Under the pieces are notes generated by a model that did no database searches, was not told the DNA's origin, and was given only the letters and a program-made list of their open reading frames with translations. Below, piece after piece: positions 32,484 through 40,465 of a stretch of DNA of 43,034 nt. The stretch lies in IMG/VR virus record IMGVR_UViG_3300035510_000237; one strand, given 5' to 3'. The number at the start of each line of letters is the position of its first letter. Position 1 is the first letter of the stretch. This DNA is from a virus. The translations under genes were made by a program, and so were the position numbers.

Positions 32484-32715
32484 AGAATTCAAGGTTATTG
32501 GAATGACAATTTTTACTCAAAGAACTAAAGATGATTTTTTTGAACATCAAGTAGAAATTGCCAAAAAATTGGAAAACCGCATTCCCGCAGATGATTTAGA
32601 AGATGTACTTGATGAAGCATTGAGTGAAATCATAGTTGTCCCAGATACTTACATATATCAAACCAAGGAGGGAACATACCATTGGCTCATGGAATTGCAA
32701 TCTTTTTATGGTTGA
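32452..32715 (+). CDS. Hypothetical early protein, ~84 aa; overlaps the previous gene, so the start is uncertain.
   Basis: Track ORF. It is acidic, ..DDLEDVLDEALSEIIVVPDTYIYQTKEGTYHWLMELQSFYG*. Confidence 0.4.
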   Translation: MVFLMTFQRYEEFKVIGMTIFTQRTKDDFFEHQVEIAKKLENRIPADDLEDVLDEALSEIIVVPDTYIYQTKEGTYHWLMELQSFYG

Positions 32716-32892
32716 CTTTATCAACCGTTGCTTTTCTTGAATATAGAGAATTTTGTTAGGATTTAAGTTTTGGAGCTAAGTTTGTAGTTATTACTATTTT
32801 TATAATTGGTGGGCCATTTTTTGCAGTCGCTGAAGTATTAAGTGCTATATTAGATTGTATACTGCCTTCCGGATGGGATGAGGATGATAGAC

Positions 32893-33303
32893 ATGACACT
32901 TTCGGGTGATGGAGCTTTAAGATTAAGTTTACTGTTGGAATGGGATGAATATACCAAAGAGCATGGATTAAAGAATCCTTATAAAAAGCGCAACAATGTT
33001 TTAATAGCTAATTCAGATAAAATGCGTGTAACCAGCACAGGTGTTATTTATGAAAATGATGTAGAGGCGCAACTTCCTCCAAAAGAAGAATGTGAAAATT
33101 GGAATAAAATGGAGTATGAATTTGTTGCGCGAGGCTTCCTAAAGGAAGCAGGATATGATGGCTTTCTGCGGCAAGTAGAATTTGCGCGAGGAGCTATTGA
33201 TTATTTGATTGATGAAATTTGTCCATGCGAAGCTGATGATGGTCAGTGTCATATGGATTGTCGATATTATGAAGGAGGGTGTACTAATGACTTTAGTACC
33301 TGA
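32893..33303 (+). CDS. Hypothetical Cys-rich early protein, ~136 aa.
   Basis: Track ORF 32878..33303, with the likely start at the ATG at 32893 (MTLSGDGALRLS..). The C-terminus CPCEADDGQCHMDCRYYEGGC is a possible metal-binding cluster. Confidence 0.45.
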   Translation: MTLSGDGALRLSLLLEWDEYTKEHGLKNPYKKRNNVLIANSDKMRVTSTGVIYENDVEAQLPPKEECENWNKMEYEFVARGFLKEAGYDGFLRQVEFARGAIDYLIDEICPCEADDGQCHMDCRYYEGGCTNDFST

Positions 33304-33538
33304 GAATACTACTAGACGAGTGGATGGGCTTGGCCGCATTACGCTGCCACGAGGCCTGCGGCAAAGATTTGCTATTGATGATAAAACTGAAATGGAAATT
33401 TATACTATGAATTATAATGGTAGAAATTATATTTGCCTTGGCGAAGCTAATGAAGTTGATGATAAGTATATCACTGCTAAAAATGTATTAGAAGAGCTTG
33501 GTGTGGAAGTTCCGCCTGAGCTTTTAGAAAAATTCTAA
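33287..33538 (+). CDS. AbrB/MazE (SpoVT_AbrB swapped-hairpin) family DNA-binding protein, 83 aa.
   Basis: GAAGGAGGGTGTACTA-ATG. It reads MTLVPENTTRRVDGLGRITLPRGLRQRFAIDDKTEMEIYTMNYNGRNYICLGEANEV.. The core R-VD-LGRI-LP---R--F-I---D-E-EIY matches the AbrB N-domain consensus. The track ORF 33209..33538 is the same frame starting upstream. Confidence 0.6.
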   Translation: MTLVPENTTRRVDGLGRITLPRGLRQRFAIDDKTEMEIYTMNYNGRNYICLGEANEVDDKYITAKNVLEELGVEVPPELLEKF

Positions 33539-33849
33539 ATTGGAAGGGAAGGTTTACACCTTCTCTTCTTTTTATTTTATTAAAGGTACTTAATTCTTAT
33601 TTTCCCAGAAATAAATAAATCGTGATGCCGAATTTAAAAGAGGTTTTGGAGGGAGTATAGCTCAGAGCAAACCCGATTCAAAAAACGAAAAAATTATTCT
33701 CCCGAAATACCCCCGCCCCCTACATCAATCAGAAAAAATTTTTTCGTTTCAGTCTCAGAAAAATATATAAAAGGTATTGCCGGGTCGCCAGAAAAGCAAC
33801 GCATCGAGCGTCTTGCCACCGCGGAGGTTTCACAGGCGCGCTAACGACC

Positions 33850-34330
33850 AAAAGCGCCGTAGTTTCAGCGCTTTAAAGTGTTGAAGTATTTTTTATCTAA
33901 TTGCTTCACCGCACTAAAGCATTGAAGCATCCCATAATGCACTTTAACACAGTAAAGCATTAACAATTTAAAGTCTTTCTCTCATGGACACCTGTGAGTT
34001 AGTTAGAACTAACTATGGTTAGCCCTAACTAACCCCCGGGCACTTTAACACAGTAAAGCGCTAATACACCGCCGCATTAACGCATTAATACTTTAGTGTG
34101 GCAGAGCGCACTTTAGCACAGTAAACAGCTAATGTTTTAAAGTTCTCCTGGAGCGGACACTTTAACACATTACAGTGCTACCTCGCTGACTCGGCAGAGC
34201 GCACTTTAACGATGTAAAGGGGCGATGTATTGAAGCAAAGAATTTTTAAATTATCTATTCGGCGCACTTCACTGCCCTAAAGCGCTAAAGCAAGGGGCGC
34301 CCTAGCAATCTGCACAAAGACAGGGCCGCA
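33850..34330. repeat. Non-coding iteron-like cluster with one core palindrome.
   Basis: A 19-20 bp unit (G)CACTTTAACACAGTAAAGC occurs about 5 times (~33938, 34040, 34108, 34158, 34200). There are also GCTTTAAAGTG/CTAAAGC dyads, GGCAGAGCGCACTTTA twice, and the palindrome GAGTTAGTTAGAACTAACTATGGTTAGCCCTAACTAAC at 33996-34033. No ORF lies on either strand. Confidence 0.6.
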
Positions 34331-34346
34331 TCTTTGTCTAATCTGC

Positions 34347-34381
34347 GAGCTTGACTAAACGCTGTTTAGCTGCTATAATAG
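34347..34381 (+). promoter_or_regulatory. Early promoter TTGACT-17-TATAAT.
   Basis: cttgactaaacgctgtttagctgctataatagagc lies upstream of the RBS (AAAGGAGAG) and ATG at 34413. Confidence 0.5.
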
Positions 34382-34412
34382 AGCTACAAAGAACAAAGGA
34401 GAGATACACACT

Positions 34413-34613
34413 ATGACACACTACACTATCACTTGCCCATACACTAACACTACCATTAAGAGAACCATTAGTGAATACGAGGCTATTGCTACAATGAGAC
34501 AGTTCACAACATACACCTTTGGAGAAATCTACCAGCTTAGTAAAAAGAACAATCCCCTGACTCTTTCCAGTAGCATGGGCATTATGTACACAATGACCAA
34601 AGAGATTGATTAA
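34413..34613 (+). CDS. Hypothetical early protein, 66 aa.
   Basis: Track ORF with a good RBS and a TAA stop. Confidence 0.5.
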   Translation: MTHYTITCPYTNTTIKRTISEYEAIATMRQFTTYTFGEIYQLSKKNNPLTLSSSMGIMYTMTKEID

Positions 34614-34694
34614 CATTTGTGCAGAACGCCACTTGAAAAGCGAATAAAGATAGAGTATAATAAAGGCACAGAAACGATGAAGGAGATATAAACT

Positions 34695-34877
34695 ATGAAG
34701 ATGTATGCGAAAACAAACAGCAAATGGATGGGCGTTTATCATTCCTCTCCTAATGAGTGGACAGAGGTCAAGTATGAAACTGAAAAGTATTTCCCCTCTG
34801 GTAGACGTGAGGTTCTGGTATTCGCAAACGGCGCAATGGAAAAGGCTGACAGATGCGATGTCTGCTATGTGTTTTAA
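34695..34877 (+). CDS. Hypothetical early protein, 60 aa.
   Basis: Track ORF with GAAGGAGATATAAACT-ATG and a TAA stop. Confidence 0.5.
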   Translation: MKMYAKTNSKWMGVYHSSPNEWTEVKYETEKYFPSGRREVLVFANGAMEKADRCDVCYVF

Positions 34878-34895
34878 TAGAAAGGGGTACAAACG

Positions 34896-35012
34896 ATGAA
34901 AAAGGTTATCATAGGTTTGGCTATCTTGCTTGCGGGTTTGATTGGTGCGGCGCTTGCAACACACAACGCAAAAAGCTATGTTTATAATGTAGCATACTAT
35001 GACGGTGTGTAA
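34896..35012 (+). CDS. Small secreted/membrane peptide, 38 aa.
   Basis: AAAGGGGTACAAACG-ATG. It reads MKKVIIGLAILLAGLIGAALATHNAKSYVYNVAYYDGV*, a lipoprotein-like signal, and ends in TAA. Confidence 0.4.
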   Translation: MKKVIIGLAILLAGLIGAALATHNAKSYVYNVAYYDGV

Positions 35013-35231
35013 GCACGTTAGTTGATGAAGACGGCGAAACGTTCATTGGTGACTATGACCTTGCAGAGGGTACATACTATGTGTGTTATGATAGCAATAA
35101 GACAGTAACAAGACTGGATGATGTACCTGTTAGATTTGAAAAGCTGGACTAATTGAAGTCCCTTTTAATAAGAAGAAGTAGTATCTGGTATAGTAATAGA
35201 ATGGGAATGAAAAACGGCATTCCCATTCTAT

Positions 35232-35340
35232 TATTTAAAATGAGTTAGTTAGAACTAACCATGGTTAATTGAAACTAACCCAGTAGCGCGAGTTAGTTAG
35301 AACTACCTACTGTTAGTTACCGCTAACGGCCTAGACTTCA
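35232..35340. repeat. Palindrome cluster (TTAGTTAGAACTAAC family) plus the conserved CCGCTAACGGCCTAGACTTCA box.
   Basis: gagttagttagaactaaccatggttaattgaaactaacc ... gagttagttagaactacctactgttagttaccgctaacggcctagacttca. Confidence 0.55.
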
Positions 35341-35434
35341 CCACGCTAAAGCGTTACAACAAAAAATCGCTAATTCGATGATGCTTTAAAGCACTAAAGT
35401 ATTTCCCGAAATGCTGCTTTAAAGTATTGAAGTG

Positions 35435-35570
35435 CGAGTTAGTTAGAACTAACTATGATTAGTTCTAACTAACTAGGGACTATGGGTTAGTTAGAACTAA
35501 CTATGATTAGTTCTAACTAACTAGGGACTATGGGTTAGTTAGAACTAACTATGATTAGTTCTAACTAACC
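35435..35570. repeat. Tandem array, three units of ~43 bp, of the perfect palindrome AGTTAGTTAG-AA-CTAACTAACT paired with its mirror TTAGTTCTAACTAACTAGGGACTATGGG.
   Basis: gggttagttagaactaactatgattagttctaactaactagggactat is repeated 3 times head to tail. Each unit contains two oppositely oriented 10-nt arms. Confidence 0.65.
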
Positions 35571-35715
35571 AAGGCGGACAGCAACACTTTAAAGCACTAA
35601 AGAGTTTGCGTGGACGTTTAATCAAAGACTTTAATAGATTAAAGTATTAAAGAAAAGTTTGCGCTGACATTCAAACAAACTTTTAAAAAGTTTTTGATTT
35701 TTATACAAAAACCCC

Positions 35716-35744
35716 TTGACAAATGAATGAAAAGGGCTTATAAT
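35716..35744 (+). promoter_or_regulatory. Early promoter TTGACA-17-TATAAT.
   Basis: ttgacaaatgaatgaaaagggcttataat lies upstream of the RBS and ATG at 35779. Confidence 0.55.
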
Positions 35745-35778
35745 GGTCACAGAATTTAACGAAAGGGGCTAATACATT

Positions 35779-35967
35779 ATGAAGTATAGCTATTATGAAA
35801 ATCTTATTGACAACGCTGAGACTGTTGAGGAAGCCGACCACATTATTACTTGCATTGAATGCGACATGAATATCACCGATGAAGATTTTGAAAAATCTAT
35901 TGTCTATGCACAGGAAGTTATGGACGAATTGGAAAGAGCACATAAATGGGAAAGAGATTTCATGTAA
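35779..35967 (+). CDS. Hypothetical acidic early protein, 62 aa.
   Basis: Track ORF with RBS GAAAGGGGC and a TAA stop. Confidence 0.5.
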   Translation: MKYSYYENLIDNAETVEEADHIITCIECDMNITDEDFEKSIVYAQEVMDELERAHKWERDFM

Positions 35968-36020
35968 TACAATTTGAAAAGAAAGGGCTACTTTTTAAAG
36001 GTAGCCCCTTTTTTACCCTA

Positions 36021-36340
36021 TGAGTTAGTTTCAACAAACTATAGTTAGTTCTAACTAACCTATAGGGCCAGTTAGTTAGAACTAACTACTGTTAGGCTCC
36101 GCTAACGACCTAGACTTCAATGCTTTAAAGTGCTAAAGTAAAATTTTGCGATTTTGGCGTCGCTTTAAAGTGCTAAAGCGATTCCCGAAATTCAACACTT
36201 TAAAGTGCTAAAGAGTTTGTGCGAGCGCTCACGCAAAGACTTCAGCAAGCTAAAGTGCTAAAGAGTTTGATTAAACGTCAATGGACTTTTAAACGAGAAT
36301 TTTAGCACGTTAAAGTATTAAAGTGCTGCTGATGGAAAGA
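36021..36340. repeat. Third copy of the composite non-coding repeat: palindromes + CCGCTAACGACCTAGACTTCA + CTTTAAAGTGCTAAAG iterons + TCCCGAAAT.
   Basis: gagttagtttcaacaaactatagttagttctaactaacc..ccagttagttagaactaactactgttaggctccgctaacgacctagacttcaa, then gctttaaagtgctaaag 3 times, gattcccgaaatt and ctaaagtgctaaagag twice. Confidence 0.6.
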
Positions 36341-36577
36341 AATGGGGTGTTACCCCCATTTCTTAAAGCTGGATTTCTCCCAGGCTCATATTTTTGATTT
36401 CTTTCATTATTTGACTTTTTAATGGTCAGAATGTGAACTAGGGAAAATACAAATTGACACCTTGTTTTCAGCACATTTTGGAGGAAAAACACATTCTGAC
36501 ACTATAAATTCCCTTGATTTTGTTGTAAGATATAGACGTTCCAAGGGAACGCAAACAAAATAAAGGGGTTTGATACT

Positions 36578-36742
36578 ATGGCATACAGAAATTATAAAAA
36601 AGCAATCAATGGTTGTTTCAACTACAATGAGGCTTTAGAGGTTTTCACCCAGGCTATGAATGATTCTAGGGTATCCAGCAAGCACTTGGAAAAGTTAAAT
36701 GCGCTGTGCTGGAATCGTTTCGTCCTTCGGGTAGCTTGTTAA
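36578..36742 (+). CDS. Hypothetical early protein, 54 aa.
   Basis: AAAGGGGTTTGATACT-ATG. It reads MAYRNYKKAINGCFNYNEALEVFTQAMNDSRVSSKHLEKLNALCWNRFVLRVAC* and ends in TAA. Confidence 0.4.
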   Translation: MAYRNYKKAINGCFNYNEALEVFTQAMNDSRVSSKHLEKLNALCWNRFVLRVAC

Positions 36743-36777
36743 AAGCTACCCACGAAAAAGAAAGAGAGGTTATACAA

Positions 36778-36948
36778 ATGACTATGCAAGAATTTTTCTC
36801 CGCTTGGAACGACTTTTTCCAGAACGAACTTGACAACTACAACACTATCCAGGCCGGCATTGATTTTTTTGTGAATGAACATGCTACCAGTTACGAGGAA
36901 TGGAATGCTATGCATGAACTGCTAGAAGATTCTTTCTCAGACCTTTAA
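36778..36948 (+). CDS. Hypothetical acidic early protein, 56 aa.
   Basis: AAAGAGAGGTTATACAA-ATG. Same frame as track ORF 36706..36948. TAA stop. Confidence 0.45.
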   Translation: MTMQEFFSAWNDFFQNELDNYNTIQAGIDFFVNEHATSYEEWNAMHELLEDSFSDL

Positions 36949-37053
36949 AAAAAAATAAGGTTTTTTTTCAAAAAAGAGTTGACTTCTAGGCCATTATCTG
37001 CTATACTATCAACGTGGGAACACACTATATAAATTTTTTTGGAGGCATGTAAA

Positions 37054-37182
37054 ATGTATACTAGCTTTGATTATGAAATTCAGTCTGACGAATTCGCAAT
37101 GGAATACGAGGAATGGCTAGCCCTTCAGGAGGAGCTTTACAATCCTGATTTTGAGGACATGGAAAAGAGCCTGAATAGCTGA
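37054..37182 (+). CDS. Hypothetical acidic early peptide, 42 aa.
   Basis: Promoter gagttgacttctaggccattatctgctatact then GGAGGCATGTAAA-ATG. It reads MYTSFDYEIQSDEFAMEYEEWLALQEELYNPDFEDMEKSLNS* with a TGA stop, followed by the hairpin terminator CCCCTGGGtgaaaatCCCAGGGG at ~37194-37217. Confidence 0.4.
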   Translation: MYTSFDYEIQSDEFAMEYEEWLALQEELYNPDFEDMEKSLNS

Positions 37183-37234
37183 CACAAAGAAAAATCCCCT
37201 GGGTGAAAATCCCAGGGGACAAAATGAAAAAAGT

Positions 37235-37270
37235 TCTTGACAAAACAGCATTTATAGCTTATACTATAAG
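37235..37270 (+). promoter_or_regulatory. Early promoter TTGACA-18-TATACT.
   Basis: ttcttgacaaaacagcatttatagcttatactataag. Confidence 0.5.
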
Positions 37271-37327
37271 AGAAGTCGGAACCCACCAAAAAATGACCGC
37301 CTTAAAGGCAGAGAGGAAACGATAATT

Positions 37328-37663
37328 ATGAAAGCAACTGAGATTAAAACCACATTCACCACCGATTGGACTTGCGACTATCTGGAAAGCCAGATGAATG
37401 AACGTTACAAGTTAATTGGTACTTCAAGAATAGACCGCATAACCCATGAATGCTTTTTCCATGGAATAGACGGCGATAAAGATATGGTCGAACCTGAATT
37501 CAGCTGGGATGTTCTGGAAAAGAAATTCATGGCAGTGGTAAATGAGGCTACTGAAATTATGAAAGCCCAATTTGCTGAGGCTTTCCAGGCGGAAAAAGAA
37601 AGAAAAATTGATACCTGGAAATGGGTAGCAGAGGAAAAAGCTGAAATGGCAGAAAACGAATAA
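37328..37663 (+). CDS. Hypothetical early protein, 111 aa.
   Basis: Track ORF with RBS GAGAGGAAACGATAATT-ATG and a TAA stop. Followed by the terminator hairpin TTTCCCGGTTC..GAACCGGGAAA at ~37673-37710. Confidence 0.55.
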   Translation: MKATEIKTTFTTDWTCDYLESQMNERYKLIGTSRIDRITHECFFHGIDGDKDMVEPEFSWDVLEKKFMAVVNEATEIMKAQFAEAFQAEKERKIDTWKWVAEEKAEMAENE

Positions 37664-37729
37664 ACAAAAAAACTTTCCCGGTTCTTGGAAACAGGAACCG
37701 GGAAAGATACAAAATATATAAGATTAGTA

Positions 37730-38060
37730 TGTTTTAATAGACTAAAGTATCAAAGTATACTGCGGCGGTATGTTTTAATACTTTAGCAAACTAAAACCTG
37801 GTGTAGAGGTATGTTTTTGCGATTTACTGTGATAAAGCATAGCAAGAAAGTATGTTTTGGTACTTTAAATTGATAAAGCGTCTCTCAGGGAAGGATACTT
37901 CAACGCTTTAAAGCACGGCCGCGCGTTGGCGGAGGGCGCAGCCCGTTCTGCCGCTTTAAAGTGCTAAAGCAAAAAATTCTGCTATATGCTTCATCGAGCT
38001 AAAGCGGTGAAGCACTCCCGAAAGCCACGCATCGTGCTCATAGCGGAATGAACAAACTTT
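37730..38060. repeat. Fourth iteron-like cluster of the (C)TTTAAAG / (G)CTAAAG family.
   Basis: ctaaagtatcaaagtatac, ttttaatactttagcaaactaaaac, ctttaaattgataaagcg, cgctttaaagcacggcc, ccgctttaaagtgctaaagc, gagctaaagcggtgaagcactcccgaaag. Confidence 0.5.
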
Positions 38061-38082
38061 CTAGCTCATCTTTGTGCATTAT

Positions 38083-38115
38083 GCCGGCTTGACAAAGCTC
38101 TAGCCGCATGATACA
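38083..38115 (+). promoter_or_regulatory. Early promoter TTGACA-17-TACAAT.
   Basis: cttgacaaagctctagccgcatgatacaat lies upstream of the RBS and ATG at 38148. Confidence 0.5.
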
Positions 38116-38147
38116 ATAGAGCCACACCATAGGAAAGGATTGATATT

Positions 38148-38381
38148 ATGTTAAAATTTAGGATTTATGACGCTGTGCAAGGTGATTTTCTGTTTCATAC
38201 CACTAGCAGGCTCGAAGCTATCCAGTTTCTGAACGTTGTGGAAGATGTTTTCAAGAAGGTGCATGGTGCATCCATTTTTCGGTACAGCTCTTACTATCTG
38301 GATATCTATGTTCCTAAGTCTGTAAATGAATACCAAAAAGCAGTATCTCTGCTTATTAGCGCCACTGCGGAAGGGGAATAA
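38148..38381 (+). CDS. Hypothetical early protein, 77 aa.
   Basis: Track ORF with RBS GGAAAGGATTGATATT-ATG and a TAA stop, then the hairpin GGGGAAtaacaTTCCCC. Confidence 0.55.
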   Translation: MLKFRIYDAVQGDFLFHTTSRLEAIQFLNVVEDVFKKVHGASIFRYSSYYLDIYVPKSVNEYQKAVSLLISATAEGE

Positions 38382-38404
38382 CATTCCCCTTCCCTTTTAT
38401 CCCA

Positions 38405-38445
38405 TGAGTTAGTTAGAACTAACTATAATTGGTTCTAACTAACCA
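38405..38445. repeat. Palindrome pair of the TTAGTTAGAACTAACTA family.
   Basis: gagttagttagaactaactataattggttctaactaacc. Confidence 0.55.
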
Positions 38446-38541
38446 AAAAAATATTTTTTTTTATTTTTTTTATTTACCCCCTTGACAAATCAATAAAAAA
38501 GTAGTATATTATAGATACAAAGTTTAAAGGAGCTGTTACCT

Positions 38542-38847
38542 ATGACTGAAATGGATAAACTTATCCGCCTGATGGGCGATTCTATCATTCCGCATGAGAT
38601 TGTTATGCACGAACTTACTCACACCCTTGCGATTGTCTACCCTTCCCGCAAGAATTATGTATGTGATGCCGTGTGTCATGAGTATTCCTATGGTGGCCCA
38701 TTGGGCTTGCTTGAAATCATGGGTTTGGTCGGTGATGACATTCTCGATGATGTTGAGGGCTGGCTCACTGCCGAAGAAGTGTTTGACAGAATCCGGAAGC
38801 ACTACTGTGAAAACTATGAACTAATTGACCTATTGGAGGGAATCTGA
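38542..38847 (+). CDS. Hypothetical early protein, 101 aa (Cys/His-containing).
   Basis: Track ORF. Promoter ttgacaaatcaataaaaaagtagtatatt, RBS AAAGGAGCTGTTACCT-ATG, TGA stop, then the terminator CTGAGCttcgGCTCAG+TTTTT. Confidence 0.55.
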   Translation: MTEMDKLIRLMGDSIIPHEIVMHELTHTLAIVYPSRKNYVCDAVCHEYSYGGPLGLLEIMGLVGDDILDDVEGWLTAEEVFDRIRKHYCENYELIDLLEGI

Positions 38848-38875
38848 GCTTCGGCTCAGATTTTTCCTTTAGCAA

Positions 38876-38965
38876 GAGTTAGTTAGAACTAACCATGGTT
38901 TACTCTAACTAACTAGAGGGAGCTATGGGTTAGTTAGAACTAACTATGATTAGACTAAACTAATT
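38876..38965. repeat. Palindrome cluster of the TTAGTTAGAACTAAC family.
   Basis: gagttagttagaactaaccatggtttactctaactaactagagggagctatgggttagttagaactaactatgattagactaaactaa. Confidence 0.55.
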
Positions 38966-39051
38966 GCGGCGCGCAATAAAAAAAATTAAAAAAAAACTAT
39001 TGACAAATTAAAATTTTATGATATAATATAAACATAAGATAAAGAAAGGAA

Positions 39052-39255
39052 TTGATACAAATGCTGTACAATGATAACATCGAATTCAATACCCTGTGGG
39101 AAGATATGGTAGAATGTGGAATCGCCACTGATGCAGAGCTGAGCCTTGCTTGTGCGCTGTGCGGTACTACTAATGAGACTTTAACAAGCGTCCTTTACAT
39201 TCGGACAGGCTGTAGAAGCTGGGCGCAAGTTATGGGAGAGGATGAAGAAGATTGA
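39052..39255 (+). CDS. Hypothetical early protein, 67 aa.
   Basis: Track ORF. Promoter ttgacaaattaaaattttatgatataat (TGn extended -10), leader aagataaagaaaggaattgatacaa-ATG, TGA stop. Confidence 0.55.
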   Translation: MIQMLYNDNIEFNTLWEDMVECGIATDAELSLACALCGTTNETLTSVLYIRTGCRSWAQVMGEDEED

Positions 39256-39336
39256 AAAATCTTCTTCAAACCCCTTGACAAGCCAATAGGAACGTGCTAT
39301 AATAAAGCTACAAGATAACGAAAGGAACTGATTCAA

Positions 39337-39609
39337 ATGACGTATAATTATTACAAGGCTGAACTGGACTATGCCGAAGATGAAGAATCCATTCGGGAAA
39401 TTATGGCTGGGGCTGAGATTGACGAATCTCTTTGTGATGAAGATTATGACCGCCTATATTGTATCGCCGAAGAATACATGGAGGAAATAGAAATGGAAGC
39501 CGAAGCACTTGCGCAAGAAGAAGAAGAAGAAACAGAAGAAGAACCTAAATGCTGGGGAATGCGTGACTACCTGAGATATATCGGCATGAAAGAAAAAGAC
39601 TTCCAGTAA
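39337..39609 (+). CDS. Hypothetical highly acidic early protein, 90 aa.
   Basis: Track ORF. Promoter cttgacaagccaataggaacgtgctataat, leader cgaaaggaactgattcaa-ATG, TAA stop, then the terminator hairpin AAGAGGATTTTCAT..ATGAAAATCCTCTT at ~39617-39657. Confidence 0.55.
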   Translation: MTYNYYKAELDYAEDEESIREIMAGAEIDESLCDEDYDRLYCIAEEYMEEIEMEAEALAQEEEEETEEEPKCWGMRDYLRYIGMKEKDFQ

Positions 39610-39778
39610 TTGGAAAAGAGGATTTTCATTTGAATAAAATAAAATGAAAATCCTCTTGCTCCATTTTCAAATCATTTTTTGATAGACACTTTTACAATTT
39701 TCAAATGATTTTTTGAATTTGCCTATTGACAAACTTCCAAACCTGTGATATAATAAAACCATAAGATAAAGAAAGGAA

Positions 39779-40045
39779 TTGATAATTATGATTAGCGCAT
39801 CAGATGCAAAAACAAAGGCCAAGACTTTTCTGGAAGAGAAAGAAAGAGCTGAGAGAACCAAAACCGTCAAGTGGGTAGAGGATGTGGTTGCTCTTAAAAT
39901 TGAAAGTGCTGCTGAACGGGGTACTTTTAGCATTGAAGTTTATATTCCTGGGGAAATGACAATTAAGTATGTGCAAGACCATTTGCGCAATCTGGGTTAT
40001 AGAACTGAGATGCACGCCTTTAATATGGCGATTCTTTGGGGCTAA
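39779..40045 (+). CDS. Hypothetical early protein, 88 aa.
   Basis: Track ORF. Promoter ttgacaaacttccaaacctgtgatataat, leader aagataaagaaaggaattgataatt-ATG, TAA stop. Confidence 0.55.
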   Translation: MIIMISASDAKTKAKTFLEEKERAERTKTVKWVEDVVALKIESAAERGTFSIEVYIPGEMTIKYVQDHLRNLGYRTEMHAFNMAILWG

Positions 40046-40054
40046 AAAAAGTTC

Positions 40055-40102
40055 TTGACAAATCCCTCTTGGAATGCTATAAATATAAGTGTTCCAAGAG
40101 GG
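40055..40102 (+). promoter_or_regulatory. Promoter with an embedded inverted repeat: TTGACA-[CCCTCTTGGAA]-TATAAA-[TTCCAAGAGGG].
   Basis: ttgacaaatccctcttggaatgctataaatataagtgttccaagaggg. The 11-bp arms flank the -10 hexamer. This is the first of five such promoters. Confidence 0.55.
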
Positions 40103-40132
40103 AAATAACCAATAGAAAGGAATTGATAAATC

Positions 40133-40456
40133 ATGGAAAAAATCGTTTTTAGTCAACATTGCTTAGAGGAAAGGCAAGACCGCATTGTGCGCATTGCGTC
40201 AACTATTGGTTTTGGGAATGTGATTGCGAAAGTCCATAGTTCTAACAGGACGGGCGCAACTGTTCACTGTCTGACTGATACAGGCGTTGTAATCGTAAAG
40301 GACAGCCGGGAAGAAATGGTTATTACATTGTTTGTCTGTAACATTGATAGGCTTTACGCTTATTGGAGAAAGATGGGACAGGATAAACCCCCACGGCAAA
40401 TTATGAAGGTTGTAGAAAACAACGAAAGAAAAAGAAAATTTCTTTATGAAATTTAG
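40133..40456 (+). CDS. Hypothetical early protein, 107 aa. It is the only early gene that terminates at TAG.
   Basis: Track ORF with leader agaaaggaattgataaatc-ATG. The stop is TAG at 40454-40456; readthrough would add 16 codons up to a TAA. Confidence 0.55.
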   Translation: MEKIVFSQHCLEERQDRIVRIASTIGFGNVIAKVHSSNRTGATVHCLTDTGVVIVKDSREEMVITLFVCNIDRLYAYWRKMGQDKPPRQIMKVVENNERKRKFLYEI

Positions 40457-40465
40457 AAAAACCTC

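Noticed and set aside
33850-34330. A possible CRISPR array, because of repeated ~20-bp units.
   Set aside because: Spacing between the units is irregular: 102, 68, 50 and 42 bp. The units are degenerate, and several are partial palindromes. There is no regular repeat-spacer organisation.
34338-34964. The 208-aa minus-strand ORF (MCCKRRTNQTRKQ...) spanning the early region.
   Set aside because: It is antisense to three promoter/RBS-supported plus-strand early genes and overlaps their promoter. It is Cys/His/Leu-rich low-complexity translation typical of reverse-strand artefacts.
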